DNA of 64,000 bases from positions 320,001 to 384,000 of the forward strand of contig CAXXJV010000002.1 of assembly GCA_963663475.2 (NCBI GenBank), in the 5' to 3' direction. The notes below the pieces were generated by a model. The model worked only from the letters and a program-made list of their open reading frames with translations. It made no database searches and was not told the origin of the DNA. Made by a program: the position numbers and the translations under genes. This document shows positions 60,150 to 64,000 of the stretch, in pieces. The stretch's first letter is position 1. Each line of letters opens with the position of its first letter. This DNA comes from Candidatus Cloacimonadales bacterium (GTDB lineage Bacteria > Cloacimonadota > Cloacimonadia > Cloacimonadales > JAFGVF01).

Positions 60150-60618
60150 TATAAGTAAGGAAATATTTGAAAAAATATATTCCGAAATGATGGGAATATA
60201 TTGAATTTTATAAACAAAGTAAAAGAAGAATATGAAAAATTTATAAAACTGGAATTAATGATAGAGACTCCATAAAAAAAATAGCCAACATTGTAGTTCA
60301 ATATGAAAATGATATTAAAAATTCTATTTCTAAAGATAACTTTTTAAGTAAACAAGATGTAATAGATATTAAAGATATTATAGATAGAATAATTTCTTCG
60401 TATGGTAATTCAACAGGTGTTATTAAAGGATTATCAGATGCAGAAAGAAAAAAATTAATTGGAGTCGTTAATCATCAAATTTTAAAAAATAAAACAAATA
60501 ATTATGCAAACTCAAATAAAATACATCAAACTCAAAGAATAAAAATTTCAATAGATGATGTTAATAATAGCATAAAAACAAAAGAATTATTTGCCAATTT
60601 ATCTTTATAACTCACTAA
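60150..60618 (+). pseudogene. Frameshifted AT-rich gene remnant
   Basis: Start-less open frame of >100 codons (..DRDSIKKIANIVVQYENDIK..) ending TAA 60616-60618; upstream part in another frame. Confidence 0.5.
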
Positions 60619-60827
60619 TCATCTAACTTATCTAACTCTAATAAAAACATTTCATCATCATATTTAATTCCAACAAAATACCAATAAGTTCTTCCCATAT
60701 CTGCAAGCATACTTTTTATTTTTTCAGTAATTTTATTCATAATATCTACCTTTGATTATTAATCATAGTCTACAAAGAAATTCTTTAATATAGTTCGAAT
60801 TGCTATGAATTTTATTGCTGTCTTCTT

Positions 60828-60996
60828 TAATCCCAAATAATGCAATAGATCTTTGAGAATAGCACTATATTCTTTTGCAAAAGTAACTTCCATTATTTCT
60901 CCGAATATATAAAATATATGCGTCAAAATTCTGTAAGCTATTTTGCTAAAAGAATTTGCACTCTTCTCTAAAGCTCTATTGCACCATTCGGGTTAA
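60828..60996. repeat. Palindromic element family B, second full copy
   Basis: Colinear with 33540-33708. Confidence 0.88.
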
Positions 60997-61392
60997 TCTT
61001 AGCACTCAAAAATTTTAATTTTTATGTTTCACACTTGCTCACACTATTTGCTGTTCAATTATCGTTTGATGCTTAACACATCGTTCGATTTCCAACTTAT
61101 AGAAAGCTGTAATCTTGTCAAGATAAATATTGTAATATCTATATATGACATTCTATTTGTGCAAAAAGTCAAAGAACAAATGATTGCTAATTTTGAATTG
61201 GGGATAAAAGTTAATAGATTTTGAATAATTACCTGTTGTATTGATTATCGACAAGCTTCTTGGATAACAACATCAATTTTAGTTAAGTGCTAATTCGTGG
61301 TTCTTATAGCTTATAGTTTTACATTACTCAATTCCGTTGTGTAACGTAAAGAGTGGAGAAATAGAATTTGACTAATTTTAAAATTCATTTGT

Positions 61393-62289
61393 TTAATCCT
61401 GTTCTTCTAAAAGCTTTAGAATGTCTTCAATTTCGTAAATCTCTTCTTCTTCACTTTTTTTATCTTTTTTATAATAAACTTCTTCTTGAGGCTTACCATC
61501 TTCATGGTAATAAATTTCTACACCATTTCTTAAATAAAAAGATAAAAATCCATCATAGTCCATTCTTACTCTGTCGTCATAAGCGAAATTAAACCTATTT
61601 TGAACATCGACTAAAGTATTATAGTTTTTCCAATGGCTAGAGTTTGTTACAAAATAGCGTGGTAGCATAGTCTCTTCCTTATAGAAGTTTACTGATCTAT
61701 AAAAGAAGCAATTTTCATCATAGAAGCTTGTCCAGTTGCCTCCAAATCCTGTACCAGGTTGAATTACAACAATAATAAAAGGAGCAATGTTATGATAAAG
61801 GTAAAGAGCTTGATAATTATAGACTCCTTCATTACGAATAAATAGGAGAGAAATTCTTTTAGCCCCGTGTTTTTCATCAAAGTAGGCTTTCCTTTCAAAG
61901 ATAGCCCAAATAGCAAAAACTTTATTCTTAGTTAATTTCTTAGTAATACCAGCTAATCTCTCTTTTCTTTCATTAGGATCTTCAAAGTCAGGCTCCACAA
62001 AGAGAGTTAAATTTTGGGGAAGTAATTCATCTTCGCTAATATATTGTTGATGAATTAAGTTATAGCCTCTTAAGCCTAAAGCAGTTTCCTCCTCTATCTT
62101 CTCTTCTGTAAAACGATAATCTACATAGATAAAGCTATAAACATTTCCGGCTAAATATCTTACAGGATCACCATCAAACCAACTTGAAGGGTAGTAACAT
62201 GAATCTTTTAAGATATCTTTTAGATTAAATTGGAAATCATCACCCTTGAGCCATTCTGGGAAGGAAAGTTTTTCAATAGTTTCTAACAT
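61393..62289 (-). CDS. Hypothetical protein with C-terminal MORN-variant-like repeat
   Basis: Paralogue of 59051-59839; tail RNGVEIYYHEDGKPQEEVYYKKDKK. Confidence 0.85.
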   Translation of the reverse strand: MLETIEKLSFPEWLKGDDFQFNLKDILKDSCYYPSSWFDGDPVRYLAGNVYSFIYVDYRFTEEKIEEETALGLRGYNLIHQQYISEDELLPQNLTLFVEPDFEDPNERKERLAGITKKLTKNKVFAIWAIFERKAYFDEKHGAKRISLLFIRNEGVYNYQALYLYHNIAPFIIVVIQPGTGFGGNWTSFYDENCFFYRSVNFYKEETMLPRYFVTNSSHWKNYNTLVDVQNRFNFAYDDRVRMDYDGFLSFYLRNGVEIYYHEDGKPQEEVYYKKDKKSEEEEIYEIEDILKLLEEQD

Positions 62290-62331
62290 AATTGCTCCTT
62301 TTTATTATCAGTTATAATCCAGTTATTATTG

Positions 62332-64000
62332 TTATCTAATTAATTTTCCCTTTAAAAAGTTCCTTTTAGAAATGAGTTTCCCCTTTTCATCATACTTAGT
62401 ATATTCACCATCTCTCTTATCATGTGTGTAGTTTGCTATTATTTTAATTTCACCATTCGCGTGATACCATTTGCATTCACCATCCTTTCTGTCGAAGTGG
62501 TAATTAATTTCTGACTCTTTTTTGCCATCATAATTGTACAATACCTGCTTCCCTTCTTTTCTGCCACAATCATAATTACCCTGTTCAATAAGGTCTCCAA
62601 GAAATGAGTATTCTAAATATTCTCCATCCCTGCGACCATACTTATAATTTCCCTTAATTCTTATTGCTGAATCCCAGGAATACTCTAAATATTCACCATG
62701 TTTTTCCCCATTTTGGTAATGAGCTTTGATTTCTATATTACCATTTTCATAATATCTAAGATAATCACCATCTCTTCTATCACTCTTATAATGAGCCTTT
62801 AGCCTTATATTTCCATTTTCAAAGTATGTTATATAGTCTCCGTCTCTTTCAAGCTCTTCAATGCAATGTTCAACCTGTAGCTCACCTTTCTCATAGTACT
62901 CTACTTTATTGCTGTCATCTTGGTAAATCTTATAATTTGCTTGAAGTTTCAAGTTACCATTCTTATAATAAGATAGATATTCACCACACTTTCTGTTATT
63001 TTCAAAATTAGCAGTTAAACTTTTAGTCCCATCTTTATAATACTCATTATACTCACCTTTTTTCAGACCATTTTGATAATTAACCTTAAGTCTTACATTG
63101 CCATTATAATGGTAATCTATCCGTTCACCATTCTTCTTCCCATTTATATAATTTGCCTTACTGGAAACCTCACCATTAGGATAATACCAGGTTAGTTCCC
63201 CATTGAGTAATCCTACCTGAAAATTAGCTCTATTATGAAGATACCCGTCTTTATGATACTTTAAAGACTCTCCATTTTTCTTGTCATCTTGGTAAAAAGT
63301 TATACTACTAGGTTTGCCATTAGCATAATACTCTTTCCACTCTCCAATCTTTTTACCTGCCTGATACTGAGCTTCAGACATTATATTTCCATTAGAATGA
63401 TACCAAGTAAGCTTTCCATCTAATAAACCATTATTATAAGAAGCTATACTACGCAGATTTCCATTGGAATAATATTCCCTAAGCTCGCCTTCTTCATTTC
63501 CAGTGGAATAGTAAGTATAAGCTTCCAGAATACCATTTTTAGTGTATTTAAGATACCAACCCAAAGGATTATCATCTTTGAACTTGGCTTGAACTTTTAA
63601 GTTCCCACCTTGATAATACTCATAATAATCTCCATCTTTCTTATCATCTCGGTAATTACTCCTAAGTTTCAACTCTCCATTTCGGTAATATTCTAAGTAG
63701 TTTCCACTTTTTTTACCTTTTTTATATTGGGCTTCAAATTTTTTGTTTCCATTATCATAATATTGAATCTCTTTACCATGCTTTGTATCATTTCGAAATT
63801 GAGTTTTAAGGCAGGTATTGCCATTATAATAATATTCTATGAACATCCCTTCTAACTTATCACAAATGAAGGACTCTTTGGATTTAATCTTACCTTTTTT
63901 ATAAAAGCAAATACGCTCACCACTTTTCATTCCCCGTTCATAATCCGCTTTACTGCGAAGCTTTCCCTTATCAGAGAAATATAAAAGCTCACCATCTAAT
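62332..64000 (-). CDS. MORN-variant (YwqK-like) repeat protein, 5' end beyond window
   Basis: About 20 repeats of G.Y..YY.NG.L.....Y..G; frame stays open past ATG 63930 to the window edge (LDGELLYFSDKGKLRSKADYERG). Confidence 0.9.
   Translation of the reverse strand, partial: LDGELLYFSDKGKLRSKADYERGMKSGERICFYKKGKIKSKESFICDKLEGMFIEYYYNGNTCLKTQFRNDTKHGKEIQYYDNGNKKFEAQYKKGKKSGNYLEYYRNGELKLRSNYRDDKKDGDYYEYYQGGNLKVQAKFKDDNPLGWYLKYTKNGILEAYTYYSTGNEEGELREYYSNGNLRSIASYNNGLLDGKLTWYHSNGNIMSEAQYQAGKKIGEWKEYYANGKPSSITFYQDDKKNGESLKYHKDGYLHNRANFQVGLLNGELTWYYPNGEVSSKANYINGKKNGERIDYHYNGNVRLKVNYQNGLKKGEYNEYYKDGTKSLTANFENNRKCGEYLSYYKNGNLKLQANYKIYQDDSNKVEYYEKGELQVEHCIEELERDGDYITYFENGNIRLKAHYKSDRRDGDYLRYYENGNIEIKAHYQNGEKHGEYLEYSWDSAIRIKGNYKYGRRDGEYLEYSFLGDLIEQGNYDCGRKEGKQVLYNYDGKKESEINYHFDRKDGECKWYHANGEIKIIANYTHDKRDGEYTKYDEKGKLISKRNFLKGKLIR

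Noticed and set aside
57800-62330. Integron cassette array
   Set aside because: Palindromes lack clear RYYYAAC/GTTRRRY ends, do not follow each gene, and no IntI is in the window

Overview
AT-rich Gram-negative bacterial chromosome segment. The lpxC-fabZ fusion and secreted proteins with FlgD-Ig C-terminal domains suggest the FCB group, possibly Cloacimonadota (inference). 1-10977: right part of a compact siphovirus-like prophage (XkdF-like protease, capsid, lysis cassette, tail and fibre genes, tail chaperone with a -1 frameshift site, an unannotated antisense 35-aa membrane peptide, tape measure). No integrase is visible. The element ends in five 16-bp direct repeats and a terminal CA, an architecture resembling a Mu/Tn7-type transposon end. 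11086-57765: mostly host genes: skp-lpxD-lpxC/fabZ-lpxA, tRNA-Ala(GGC), GPx, glsA, M6 protease, alr, tldD/pmbA, a TetR-linked transport cluster, pdp, rpmF-plsX-fabH-fabD-fabG-acpP-fabF-rnc, ispG, an Omp85 protein, dpaL and a large secreted endonuclease. 58004-64000: a variable region with an aspartyl protease, three paralogues of an unknown family (one truncated) and a MORN-variant repeat protein. Intergenic DNA carries several palindromic repeat families, two of which show compensatory base changes between copies. All protein calls come from motif recognition by eye; no searches were run.
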